Source of the DNA: an uncultured candidate division Zixibacteria bacterium
GTDB lineage: Bacteria; Zixibacteria; MSB-5A5; RBG-16-43-9
Assembly: GCA_963713865.1 (NCBI GenBank)
Contig: OY970208.1
Coordinates: 544,001 to 608,000 of the forward strand
Reading direction: 5' to 3'
DNA: 64,000 nucleotides
Positions 49,453 through 58,912 of the stretch are shown here, piece after piece (the first letter of the stretch is position 1; the number at the start of each line of letters is the position of its first letter). Both the position numbers and the translations under genes were made by a program. The notes under the pieces were generated by a model. The model worked only from the letters and a program-made list of their open reading frames with translations, ran no database searches and was not told the origin of the DNA.

Positions 49453-50339
49453 AAAAACTCCTCTGGTTGAAAAACTTTTTCTTTTTTCTATTTATTTATT
49501 TTACCCTTTCCCCCTTATCTTCAGCTTCAGAAACTGAGACCTCTGCTGAAATTATCTCCGCTACCCAGTGGTTCAATCCTCAAAGGATAAATGTCTTCAT
49601 CATTTTAATTGTTTTTTTTGCCTTCGTGCTTTATTTCATCCAGAAGGCAAAGAAGGGAGGAAGCCTGTTTGTGCGCAGGATTGCAGGACTGGATGCAATT
49701 GAAGATGCAGTGGGAAGAGCAACTGAAATGGGAAAGCCAATCCTTTATATCTCCGGGATTGAGGATATGGACAATCTCCAGACCGTTGCCAGTATGATTA
49801 TTTTGGGTAATGTGGCTGAGATGGTTGCCGCTTATGATGTTCCTCTCATTGTTCCGGTTTGTCTCCCCTTTGTAGTGACAGTGGCTGAGGAATCTGTTAA
49901 ACAGGGTTATGCGAAAGCGGGACGGCCGGAGGCTTATAATCGCAATAATGTAAGGTTTCTGACCAGTGAGCAGTTTGCCTATGCGGCTGGGGTTAACGGG
50001 ATAATGCTTCGGGAGAAACCTGCAGCCAATTTTATGTTTGGTTCATTCTATGCGGAATCTCTGCTTATGGCTGAAACTGGTCTTTCAACTGGAGCTATTC
50101 AGGTAGCTGGGACTGCTAATATTCACCAGCTCCCCTTCTTTGTGGTAGCGTGTGACTTCACCCTTATCGGAGAAGAGCTTTTCGCTGCCTCTGCCTATCT
50201 TTCACGGGAACCCAAGCTTTTAGGCAGTTTAAAAGCCTCGGATTTAGCCAAGTTCTTGATAATGGTAATGTTAATATCTGGAGTTTTATTGGAAACTTTC
50301 GGAATTACAAAATTTACCTCCTGGTTTTTTGTGCAGTAG
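49449..50339 (+). CDS. Module A3: DUF6754-like, lacking the FN3 domain
   Basis: Signal peptide directly followed by QWFN...VRRIAGLDAIEDAVGRATEMG. Confidence 0.8.
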   Translation: MKKLLWLKNFFFFLFIYFTLSPLSSASETETSAEIISATQWFNPQRINVFIILIVFFAFVLYFIQKAKKGGSLFVRRIAGLDAIEDAVGRATEMGKPILYISGIEDMDNLQTVASMIILGNVAEMVAAYDVPLIVPVCLPFVVTVAEESVKQGYAKAGRPEAYNRNNVRFLTSEQFAYAAGVNGIMLREKPAANFMFGSFYAESLLMAETGLSTGAIQVAGTANIHQLPFFVVACDFTLIGEELFAASAYLSREPKLLGSLKASDLAKFLIMVMLISGVLLETFGITKFTSWFFVQ

Positions 50340-50340
50340 A

Positions 50341-50407
50341 GAAGTGCAATCCGCCAAAAGCGGATTGTTGCTAATTTTAAATATGCAAGAGCAAGCTCTT
50401 GCACTCC
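50341..50407. repeat. REPIN-like pair between A3 and B3
   Basis: GAAGTGCAATCCGCCAAAAGCGGATTG ... GCAAGAGCAAGCTCTTGCACTCC. Confidence 0.65.
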
Positions 50408-50449
50408 GACAAGACGTGAGAAGTAAGAAGTGAAAAGATAAAAAAACCT

Positions 50450-51064
50450 ATGCGTAGAGAAGTTCCCATAATCATCTGTTTCTTAGCTGGAGCTTTCTTC
50501 ATTGGAAACTACTTCAGCCCCAAACTTCAGCCAGTAGCTCAGGTAGTTAATCAATGGGCAATAATTTGCATTGCCTTTGCCTATGTCCTGGGAGTTGCCA
50601 ATATCTTCAGGGTAAACTCTCAGGTAATAGCCAGGAAGGGTAAAGACTGGGTTTATAAAATCGTTTTAGTGGCAGGGTTAATCCTGATGATCTGTTTCGG
50701 AATCCTGGGTGAAGTCAGGGAAGGCACAGCTTTTAACTGGGTCTTTATGAACGCCATCTATCCTATGCAGGCGACAATGTTTGCCCTTTTAGCCTTTTAT
50801 ATCGCCTCAGCCGCCTTCAGGGCTTTCAGGATAAGAAGCTGGGAAGCCGCTCTCTTAGGAATTACCGCAGTCCTGGTGATGATCGGCAGGGTGCCGTTGG
50901 GTGAATTGGTTTGGAAAGGTTTCCCACTCTTTACTGAATGGATTATGAATGTCCCTCAGCTTGCAGCTAAAAGAGCCATAATGATTGGAGCGGCTTTAGG
51001 CGCCATCTCAACCGGAATCAAAGTTCTTATCGGACTGGAGAAAACCTATATGGGCGGAGAATAA
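50450..51064 (+). CDS. Module B3
   Basis: MRREVP, FYIASAAFRAFRIRS, IGLEKTY. Confidence 0.8.
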   Translation: MRREVPIIICFLAGAFFIGNYFSPKLQPVAQVVNQWAIICIAFAYVLGVANIFRVNSQVIARKGKDWVYKIVLVAGLILMICFGILGEVREGTAFNWVFMNAIYPMQATMFALLAFYIASAAFRAFRIRSWEAALLGITAVLVMIGRVPLGELVWKGFPLFTEWIMNVPQLAAKRAIMIGAALGAISTGIKVLIGLEKTYMGGE

Positions 51065-51072
51065 TTGTATCT

Positions 51073-51912
51073 ATGAAAAAATTCTTTGAAAAACTTGAGA
51101 AATTAGACCGAAGGATAATCTTTATCTTCGTGGCTATTGCCCTGATCTTACCCCTTTTTATCCCCTTGAATATCAAGTTCTCTGTTACCCAGCCGGTGCA
51201 AAGCTTTTACGATACTATAGAATCTTTACCTCCTGGCTCAAAAATCCTTTTGAGCGCCGATTATGACCCCGGCTCTATGCCGGAGCTCTGGCCAATGCAT
51301 CTGGCAGCAGTGAGACAACTCTGCAAAAGAGGTATAAAAATAATCTCCATCCAGCTCTGGGCAACTGGCTCCCCCTTAGTTGAAAGAGCTTTTAATGAAA
51401 TAGCCGTAGGTGAGTTTCATAAAAAGTATGGTGAGGATTTTGTGAATTTAGGTTTTAAAGAGGGAAGAGAGGTGGTAATGGTCTCCATGGGGAATTCAAT
51501 CCCCCAGACTTTCCCCACAGATTATCACGGTAATAAAACCGAAGATTTACCCATAATGCAAGGTGTAAAAAATTTCAGTGACTTAGGTATGATCGTTAAT
51601 ATCTCCGGGGGTCTTCCTGGAACCAAGGAATGGATTTTGCAGGTGGTTTCCCGTTTTCATATAAAGCTTGCCTCCGGCTGTACCGCAGTCAGTGCCCCGG
51701 AATTCTACCCCTATTTACAATCCGGGCAGTTAGTCGGACTTTTAGGCGGGATGAAAGGTGCGGCAGAATATGAACAACTAGTAGGGGTTACAGGATTGGG
51801 CAAAAGGGGTATGGACTCACAGTCTGTAGCTCATTTAGTGATCTTTTTATTCATCCTGATCGGGAACATTGCTTATTTTTCAACCAGAGGAATGAAAAAG
51901 GAGAAAAGCTAA
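51073..51912 (+). CDS. Module C3
   Basis: LDRRIIF, DYDP..PEL.P, YPYLQSGQLVGLLGGMKGAAEYE. Confidence 0.8.
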   Translation: MKKFFEKLEKLDRRIIFIFVAIALILPLFIPLNIKFSVTQPVQSFYDTIESLPPGSKILLSADYDPGSMPELWPMHLAAVRQLCKRGIKIISIQLWATGSPLVERAFNEIAVGEFHKKYGEDFVNLGFKEGREVVMVSMGNSIPQTFPTDYHGNKTEDLPIMQGVKNFSDLGMIVNISGGLPGTKEWILQVVSRFHIKLASGCTAVSAPEFYPYLQSGQLVGLLGGMKGAAEYEQLVGVTGLGKRGMDSQSVAHLVIFLFILIGNIAYFSTRGMKKEKS

Positions 51913-51917
51913 TAAAT

Positions 51918-52596
51918 ATGCCTTCATCTGAATTCATAGGAACCTGGCTTGCCGCAGGACTAACCATATTTTGTTTCAGTTTCTTATATAAGGATAACCC
52001 TTTTTATAAGTTTGCGGAACATCTCTATGTGGGAATCTCTGCTGGCTATTGGACCTCTATGGAATATCACAACGTATTCTTACCTAACCTTTGGGATCCC
52101 CTGATGAGACTGGACTTGAATCTTCTCTTCTCTTTTCCTGAGCTTGGATTTGCAATGATGTGGCAATCTATGATCCTTATAGTCCCATTCATTTTTGGAA
52201 TCTTACTTTTTACCCGCCTTACTAAGAATTTTGGCTGGCTTTCCCGCTGGTCAATGGCTTTAATCATCGGCATATTTGCCGGAATCGCTATTATAGGATA
52301 CAGCACCGGTGATTTAATAACCCAGATCTATGCCAACCTGCTTCCATTATGGACCGGCAACTGGCTTTCCTCTTTGAATAATATCATTTTAATCATAGGG
52401 GTTATTACTTCTCTAATCTACTTTTTCTTCTCCAAGGAGCACAAGGGGACTTTAGGTGGTGCCGCCAAGATCGGGGTTCTGGTTTCTGATGATCTCCTTT
52501 GGCGCCTCCTTCGGGTATACGGTTATGTCCCGTATGTCCCTTTTAATCGGCAGGATCTATTTTATTTTTGGAGAGTGGCTGAGATTGATAAAATAA
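51918..52596 (+). CDS. Module D3, with +1 frameshift at ~52477
   Basis: Removing one T at 52477-52478 gives IGVWFLMISFGASFGYTVMSRMSLLIGRI...WLRLIK*, matching the D1 C-terminus. Confidence 0.8.
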
Positions 52597-52785
52597 AAAG
52601 TGGTAGGAGTACGTTGTCCCTCCTTTGGCGGGATGCCCCTTGTATATTATATTTATGGTTATATTTTATGAGAGCATAAGGGAAACAACCCTTCAAATTA
52701 GAATAGGAGGGAACCTTGCCGACAGATCGTTTGCCCCTACAATATTTCCCAAAACACCTCTCTTAATTTATTACCACTCAGAAAT

Positions 52786-52812
52786 AAAAAAGCCCCCTTC
52801 CGGGGGCTTTTT
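52786..52812. terminator. Bidirectional intrinsic terminator
   Basis: AAAAAAGCCCCC-TTCC-GGGGGCTTTTT between convergent genes. Confidence 0.85.
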
Positions 52813-52825
52813 CATAATTATAAAT

Positions 52826-54529
52826 TTATTTCTTCTTTAAAAGAGTCGAGCTTAAAGAAACTTTTTTAGTTACAGTTAATCCTCCTCTGGGATCACTATC
52901 CGTTACACTGATTGTGGCACTTTTTATGGTAGTATCTGTTGGTGCAGTAAAGAATAAGTTAGAGGTTTCTCCATAGCCATTGGTGATTTTAGGCGAGCCA
53001 GAGATCGAACCGGAGGTAACAGTGGCAGAGATAGAATGACCTCCTAAGGGGTTACCTGCCCGATCCTTGATTATAACTGTAAAGGGCTCAGTAGCCCCAT
53101 AAGCCACTGTTCCTGTAATATCTACCAAACAGCTCTTATAATAAGCATAGCCGGTTAAGAAATTCACTTGAACCGTAGCAGAAGCAAAGCCTGATTTTGC
53201 AGTCAGGTTGGAGACTGCACCAATACCATCGTCAGGAGAAACCGGTGAATAATCCCTGGTTAGAACCTGGCTGACAAGCTTGGTTTCAAAACTTGAAGTA
53301 TTTACACCATCTGACGTAGCACCAGAACCACAAGAACCGAAATCTGTTTCCATATTGACTGCAGTCCCGTCCACTACGAAATTCCCATTAAGATCCAGAA
53401 CACTAACTTCAACATCTCCTTTGGATACTCCATCTGCTAACAGAGACTCGGGATAAGTTATGAAGGTAATAGAATACGGTGGACCGGAAACGATCAACAC
53501 TCCAGTATCAGCCACTGTCCCGCCTGAGGTAGAAGCCCAAATATAAGCCAGTCCGTCATTTCTCGGTTCACCTGAATGATAAGCTGATGTTGCCAATCCT
53601 CCCGAAGTTAAAGTATAGGCATCCACCATCCCCTCTTCTGTTCCGAAATAGACTGCGGTGCTGTCCTGAACCGGATTACCATAAACGTCATCTACCATAG
53701 CTAAGACATCTGCAGTAGCATTCACCACGTCCCACCCTCGAATATTTAAAGGTTTAATCCCTAAGGTGAGATAAGCTGGAGGACCCGCATGAATTGCTAC
53801 ACGGGTAACCCTGGAACGGATCGAATCCACCTCTGCCCTTAACTCTACAGTGCCGGAGATGGTTCCGCTGTTCAAGGTTACAAACGCACATCCTGAATCA
53901 TTTGTTTCCTTGGTAACCGGCCCATAATCCTGATCCTCAAGATTTTCACCTCCGTGCGGACCATTTAAAATCCGGACAACAATCTCATTCCCCGACCCGA
54001 CTCTTCCTCCATATTCATTATAACCCACTGCTAATAAAACTGAAGACTCTATCCCTCCGGTTCCTTTAACCTGAATAGAAGGCCGGGTTGAGTAGAACTC
54101 AATGCTGGTAATTGAGCCTGAAGGCGTCGGAGTAGTAGTAATACGTAAAGTCGTGGTTATAGTATCGCCAGTTATTACCGCCTGCAAAGTAACTGTGCCT
54201 GTATCAGTGGAGATAAAATAGGTGGAGGCTATTCCTGAAACATCAGTCGTGTCAAAACTATTTCTGAAGGAGCCTGAAGAGGAAGTCGTGGCTGAGAAAT
54301 TAACCCGGATATTAGCCAAGGGATCGTCGTTTTGGTCTACGACCTGAGCCCGGACCAAACTCGAATCCCCTACCTGAATAGAAGTGGGGGAAGCGCTGAA
54401 TGACTTTAAAAGCTGTTGAGTTTCCGAAGAAGGAGATGAGGTAGATTTCTTCTTACATCCTACAGTGAAGATTACTAATGTCAATGATATGAAAGCTATC
54501 CAGAAAATAAATGATACTTTTCTTTTCAT
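52826..54529 (-). CDS. Lipoprotein with tandem bacterial Ig-like (Big_1/invasin-type) domains
   Basis: Lipobox TVGC; repeated V.D.NGNP / TD.SG.A motifs; Ser/Thr-rich. Confidence 0.78.
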   Translation of the reverse strand: MKRKVSFIFWIAFISLTLVIFTVGCKKKSTSSPSSETQQLLKSFSASPTSIQVGDSSLVRAQVVDQNDDPLANIRVNFSATTSSSGSFRNSFDTTDVSGIASTYFISTDTGTVTLQAVITGDTITTTLRITTTPTPSGSITSIEFYSTRPSIQVKGTGGIESSVLLAVGYNEYGGRVGSGNEIVVRILNGPHGGENLEDQDYGPVTKETNDSGCAFVTLNSGTISGTVELRAEVDSIRSRVTRVAIHAGPPAYLTLGIKPLNIRGWDVVNATADVLAMVDDVYGNPVQDSTAVYFGTEEGMVDAYTLTSGGLATSAYHSGEPRNDGLAYIWASTSGGTVADTGVLIVSGPPYSITFITYPESLLADGVSKGDVEVSVLDLNGNFVVDGTAVNMETDFGSCGSGATSDGVNTSSFETKLVSQVLTRDYSPVSPDDGIGAVSNLTAKSGFASATVQVNFLTGYAYYKSCLVDITGTVAYGATEPFTVIIKDRAGNPLGGHSISATVTSGSISGSPKITNGYGETSNLFFTAPTDTTIKSATISVTDSDPRGGLTVTKKVSLSSTLLKKK

Positions 54530-54621
54530 AACCACTCCCTTTTTAAAGATTTTTTGCATATAAGATTATTCTAAATAGATTTATCGGCAGGTTTAACTAA
54601 GAGTTTAGAGGAAAAGATGTT

Positions 54622-54772
54622 GTAGCGGAAACCTTCAGGTTTCCAGAATTAAATGGAGGGTAACGTTGCCAATCCTGCTCTACGGGGGCTTGCTCTGGCA
54701 ACGATCGTCAGGATTTTGGAGTATAAACCTTCAGGTTTATCAAATTAAGGTAAAGCTAAAGCTTTACACTCC
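54622..54772. repeat. REP-like palindrome cluster
   Basis: GTAGCGGAAACCTTCAGGTTTCC; GGAGTATAAACCTTCAGGTTTATC...GTAAAGCTAAAGCTTTACACTCC. Confidence 0.75.
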
Positions 54773-54779
54773 AGTCAAT

Positions 54780-55133
54780 TTATATCACCAGAAGATCTCT
54801 TACCTTTTCTTTTAGCTCAGATAGATTGGAGGATTTGATAAGATAGGCATCTGCGATCCATGAGGAGAAATCGGACTTGAAAGTCTCATAGGCAGAATTT
54901 AAAATTACCGGCAGGTCTTTGTTAAACTCTTTTATCTTTTTCAGTACCTCTAATCCATGTAGCTTTTTTATCTTTATGTCCAGAATCACCAGGTCCGGAA
55001 GCTCTTTTTTGGTTTTCAAAATCGCTTCTTCGCCATCCGCAGTAGTCAGAACCTCGTACCCATCATCTTGAAGCTCTTCTCTATAAAGCTCTAAAAGATA
55101 AGGCTCATCTTCCACCAATAGAATCTTATACAT
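54780..55133 (-). CDS. Single-domain response regulator (REC)
   Basis: LLVEDE, DLVILDI, SAY, YLIKS. Confidence 0.9.
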   Translation of the reverse strand: MYKILLVEDEPYLLELYREELQDDGYEVLTTADGEEAILKTKKELPDLVILDIKIKKLHGLEVLKKIKEFNKDLPVILNSAYETFKSDFSSWIADAYLIKSSNLSELKEKVRDLLVI

Positions 55134-55167
55134 TAAAAATCCTCAACTTCTTTAAATCTCTTCTTAT

Positions 55168-56802
55168 TTAGAAGGGTAGATACACTGCAAACTTCGTTCC
55201 CTTGTTCACCTCGCTTTTTACTTCTATATAACCAGAATGGTCTGCGATTATCTTCTTGCTTACTGGAAGTCCCAAGCCTGAGCCTTTTGGTTTGGTGGTG
55301 AAAAAAGGGATGTATAATTTCTGCAGATTCTCCTCATTTATTCCACAGCCGGTATCCTCGATCTCGAATATGGCAAAATCCTCTTTCTTTTTAGTCTTAA
55401 CGGTCAAAAATCCCCCCTGGGGCATAGCATCAATGGCATTCTCGATCAGGTTGAAAAGAACCTGCTCAATCCTTTTAGGATCAACTTCTAAAATCGGAGT
55501 ATCTAATAATAATCTTGTTCTTAATTTAACCCCGTTATATTTTAACTGATCTTTCAAAACCTCTAAGGCATCCCGTATTAATTTATTCAGATCTTTTTTC
55601 TCATAATTTAACTTCGTGGGTTTAGAATAGTCCAGAATTTCTGAGGTGATCTTCTCTAACCTCTCGGTCTCTTTTACGATAACCTCTAACTCATGGGAAC
55701 AAAGCTTCCCCTGCTCTGCCTGCTTTAAAGCTCTGCGGGCATAACCGCCTATGGCTACTAAAGGGGTCTTTATCTCGTGAGCTACGGTAGTGGCTATCTT
55801 TCCGATATCCACCCATCTCTCCGTCTGTAAAAGATAGCTCTGATTTTCTCTTAAAAGCTTTGTGGCGAGCTCTAACTCCTTTTGCCTTTGTTTTAACTCC
55901 TGTAACAAGAGGATGTTTTCAATCTGATAAGCGGCTTGATTGGCAAAAGTCTCCAGGCCGACACGGTCCTCTTCCAGTATCTCATTTTTGGTGATGAGAT
56001 TATCAACTACTAAAAGACCTAAGGGTATGTTTTCTGAAAGGATAGGTATAAGCATAAATCCAGTTAAGCTAAAAAGATTTAAAACCTCTCCGGGGTTTAA
56101 ACCCGAAAGCTCTTTACTTTTTAGATTATAACTTCTTCTCTCCAAAACCGCTTTCACTAAAATATTCTCCTTTTCCTGTAGAGAAAAAGATAATCCTTTT
56201 ACCCTGTCGGTGAGCTCATTCTCTTCTTCTTCTGATAAAAGCACATTCTCTAACATCTGCTCAAAAGTTATCTTATCCTGTTTTATCTTTGACCAGATCC
56301 TTGAAGCCTCCGCTTCATCTTTGGGACCCAATCCCACGCTTCCCTCCAAGCTTTGAGTTTTTGGATTTACCAGGAAGATGAAAGCTCGGTTAAACCCGAA
56401 TACCTCACCGGCTGTCACCCCCGTTAAGATTATCCTTAAGGTTTTATCCAGATCCTTGGACTGCAGTAGGGCATCCGATACCTTTTTCAGAAGAGAAAGC
56501 TCCTCTAATTTCTTTTTAAGGTCTGTGTAGATCTTATCCAGCTGGCTATCGTATTTCGTTACCTGCTCAATCAGAGATTTTAGAGACTCTTCTGCAATCC
56601 GGTCAGCGGTCCTCCTTCCCGCCATTCTTGAGGAAAATTCCAGGAAAACACTGCACTCCAAGCAGTTTCCCAATTTTTTATCTGAAGGGAAAAGGCATTC
56701 CACCTTATCCCCTGAAGCCAAAAACTTGAGCCAGCAGCTTTCCTGCTCCTCTTCACCCGGAGAAAAACAGGAATGCGGATTATCTAAAAAATCAAATTTC
56801 AT
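55168..56802 (-). CDS. Cytoplasmic sensor histidine kinase (Cys-rich N-terminus, GAF, HisKA, HATPase)
   Basis: VAHEIKTPL, NLIENAIDA, DTGCGI, PFFTTK, GSGLGL; no TM. Confidence 0.9.
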   Translation of the reverse strand: MKFDFLDNPHSCFSPGEEEQESCWLKFLASGDKVECLFPSDKKLGNCLECSVFLEFSSRMAGRRTADRIAEESLKSLIEQVTKYDSQLDKIYTDLKKKLEELSLLKKVSDALLQSKDLDKTLRIILTGVTAGEVFGFNRAFIFLVNPKTQSLEGSVGLGPKDEAEASRIWSKIKQDKITFEQMLENVLLSEEEENELTDRVKGLSFSLQEKENILVKAVLERRSYNLKSKELSGLNPGEVLNLFSLTGFMLIPILSENIPLGLLVVDNLITKNEILEEDRVGLETFANQAAYQIENILLLQELKQRQKELELATKLLRENQSYLLQTERWVDIGKIATTVAHEIKTPLVAIGGYARRALKQAEQGKLCSHELEVIVKETERLEKITSEILDYSKPTKLNYEKKDLNKLIRDALEVLKDQLKYNGVKLRTRLLLDTPILEVDPKRIEQVLFNLIENAIDAMPQGGFLTVKTKKKEDFAIFEIEDTGCGINEENLQKLYIPFFTTKPKGSGLGLPVSKKIIADHSGYIEVKSEVNKGTKFAVYLPF

Positions 56803-56827
56803 TTCCCCCTCCAGGGTTTCATAAAAA

Positions 56828-56855
56828 ATTATACTATTATAAACTAGTTTGTCAA
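56828..56855 (-). promoter_or_regulatory. Consensus sigma70 promoter for the kinase-regulator pair
   Basis: TTGACA-N16-TATAAT on the minus strand. Confidence 0.75.
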
Positions 56856-56901
56856 GAATTTTATGTTGACATCTTATAGATTTATTTTAATTTTTACTCT
56901 T

Positions 56902-57792
56902 ATGAATAACGTTAGCCTTTCCTCAGGACTTAAACTCGGGGAAAAAATTCAGGAATTGATCAAAATCGCCTTAGAGGAAGACCTGGGACCAGGAGATATA
57001 ACCTCGAATCTCATCATCCCGGAGATGAAAAAAGGACAGGGGGTAATTATTGCCAAGGAGAAAGGCGTAATTGCCGGGCTTGAAGTGGCAAAGTCGGTCT
57101 TTAAGCAAGTTGACCCGAAATTGGTCTTTAAGCCTTTTGTCCGGGATGGAGCGGAAGTAAAAAAAGAAGATAAGGTTGCCTTGATTCAGGGTAAAGTGAA
57201 AAGTATTTTAGTAGCTGAGAGAACCGCCTTAAATTTTCTTTCGAGACTTTCCGGAATTGCTACTCTAACCAAAGATTTTGTTAAGAAAACTAAAGGAACA
57301 AAGGTTAAACTCTTGGATACCCGTAAGACCACTCCGGGTTTAAGACTTTTAGAAAAATATGCAGTCAAAATCGGTGGTGGGGAAAATCATCGTATCGGTC
57401 TTTACGATATGATTTTAATTAAGGACAATCATATTACCTCAGCCGGGGGTATCTCCTCTGCCCTGAAAAAGGCACAGGCATGCAAAAAAGGGTTCAGAGT
57501 TGAAATCGAAACCAAAAATCTAAAAGAAGTAGAAGAGACTTTGAACTTTAAGGCTGATAAAAGCCTAAAGGTTCCTGAAGTTGACCGAATTATGCTTGAT
57601 AATTTCAGCCCTAAAGATTTAAAAAAAGCAGTTAAGCTAATCCGTTCTAAAGATAAAAAAGTTGAAATCGAAGCCTCGGGCAGGGTTAATCTTAAAAATG
57701 TGAGAAAGATCGCCTTGAGCGGAGTTGACTATATCTCCGTGGGGGCACTGACCCATTCTGTCAAACCCTTGGATTTAAGCCTGATTTTCTGA
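56902..57792 (+). CDS. nadC: Nicotinate-nucleotide pyrophosphorylase (carboxylating)
   Basis: ERTALN, DTRKTTPGLR, HRIGLYD, IKDNH, IMLDN, EASG. Confidence 0.95.
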   Translation: MNNVSLSSGLKLGEKIQELIKIALEEDLGPGDITSNLIIPEMKKGQGVIIAKEKGVIAGLEVAKSVFKQVDPKLVFKPFVRDGAEVKKEDKVALIQGKVKSILVAERTALNFLSRLSGIATLTKDFVKKTKGTKVKLLDTRKTTPGLRLLEKYAVKIGGGENHRIGLYDMILIKDNHITSAGGISSALKKAQACKKGFRVEIETKNLKEVEETLNFKADKSLKVPEVDRIMLDNFSPKDLKKAVKLIRSKDKKVEIEASGRVNLKNVRKIALSGVDYISVGALTHSVKPLDLSLIF

Positions 57793-57823
57793 GGGACTAA
57801 TTTATAGGAAAAGTGAATAAACG

Positions 57824-58799
57824 ATGCTCGAAGCGATTTTAACCCTGCTTAAAAGAGAAAAAAAATCTACATCAGATGGATTAAGTGCCGGTTTCCTTTC
57901 TTCCTCTCTGAACCTGCCTCTACATTCAATTTATGACGGGATGGTTGAACTGAGAAAACTTGGATATAAGATCGAAGCTGAAAAAGGGAAAGGTTACAAA
58001 CTTGTTTCTTTGCCAGAACGCCTTTATCCCCTTAGAGATAAATTATAATCTGAAGACTAAAATCTTGGGGAAAAAGATTTATTCTTACCGGGTATTGAAA
58101 TCGACCAACGATTTAGCCTATAGATTAGCTGAGGAAAAAGCTCCAGAAGGGACTTTGATTGTGGCTGAGAAACAGACCTCTGGCAAAGGAAGATTAGGCC
58201 GGAAATGGTTCTCCCCTCCAGATAAAGGTATCTGGATGAGTTTGATTTTGAGACCAAAAATCCCCCCAGTTAAAGCTCCAGGACTCTCCCTCTGCGCTGG
58301 CTTAGCTCTGATTAAGACAATAAGGGATAAGACCGGCCTTGAGGTAGATTTGAAATGGCCCAACGATTGCCTGATTGGAGGGAAAAAAGTGGCTGGCATC
58401 CTGCTTGAGCTTTCTGCGGAGTTAGATAAAATAGATTTTATCATTATCGGGGTGGGAATAAATGTAAATCAAACCCAGAACGATTTTCCCAAGAATTTGA
58501 AAGGTAAAGCTACCTCAATTTTTCTTGAATCAAAAGATAAATTCTCCAGGGTAGAGCTTCTAAAAAGCTTTCTGGAGAGATTTGAAAAGATTTATTTGAA
58601 TTTCAAAACCTTTGGATTGAAATTTTATCGTGAGGATATAAAAAAATCCTCATCTTTGTTGGGTAAAAAGGTAAAACTGTTATATGGGGAGGAAAAACTA
58701 AAAGGAGTCGTTAAAGACATTGATGAGAACGGCTCATTAGTGCTTGAAACCCGTAAGGGAGAAAAAACTGTAACCGCAGGAGAAGTTACTTTGATTTAG
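57824..58799 (+). CDS. birA: Bifunctional biotin ligase/repressor BirA, with +1 frameshift at ~58024
   Basis: N-terminal HTH (LRKLGYKI...KGYKL); STND, QTSGKGRLGRKWFSP, KWPND, KKVAGIL; removing one T at 58023-58025 joins the two ORFs. Confidence 0.9.
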
Positions 58800-58912
58800 A
58801 GATATTTTGGAGTGTAAACCTTTCCTACGGATCCGTTTATAGGATAGATTTACTTATGGTAAAGCTATCCATCTCAGGCGGATATGCTGCCGTTAACTTT
58901 TCAGGAGGAAAT

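Noticed and set aside
52497-52840. C-terminal extension of ORF 51918-52679 and ORF 52625-52840
   Set aside because: Artefacts of the D3 frameshift and of REP sequence; the true D3 stop is at 52596
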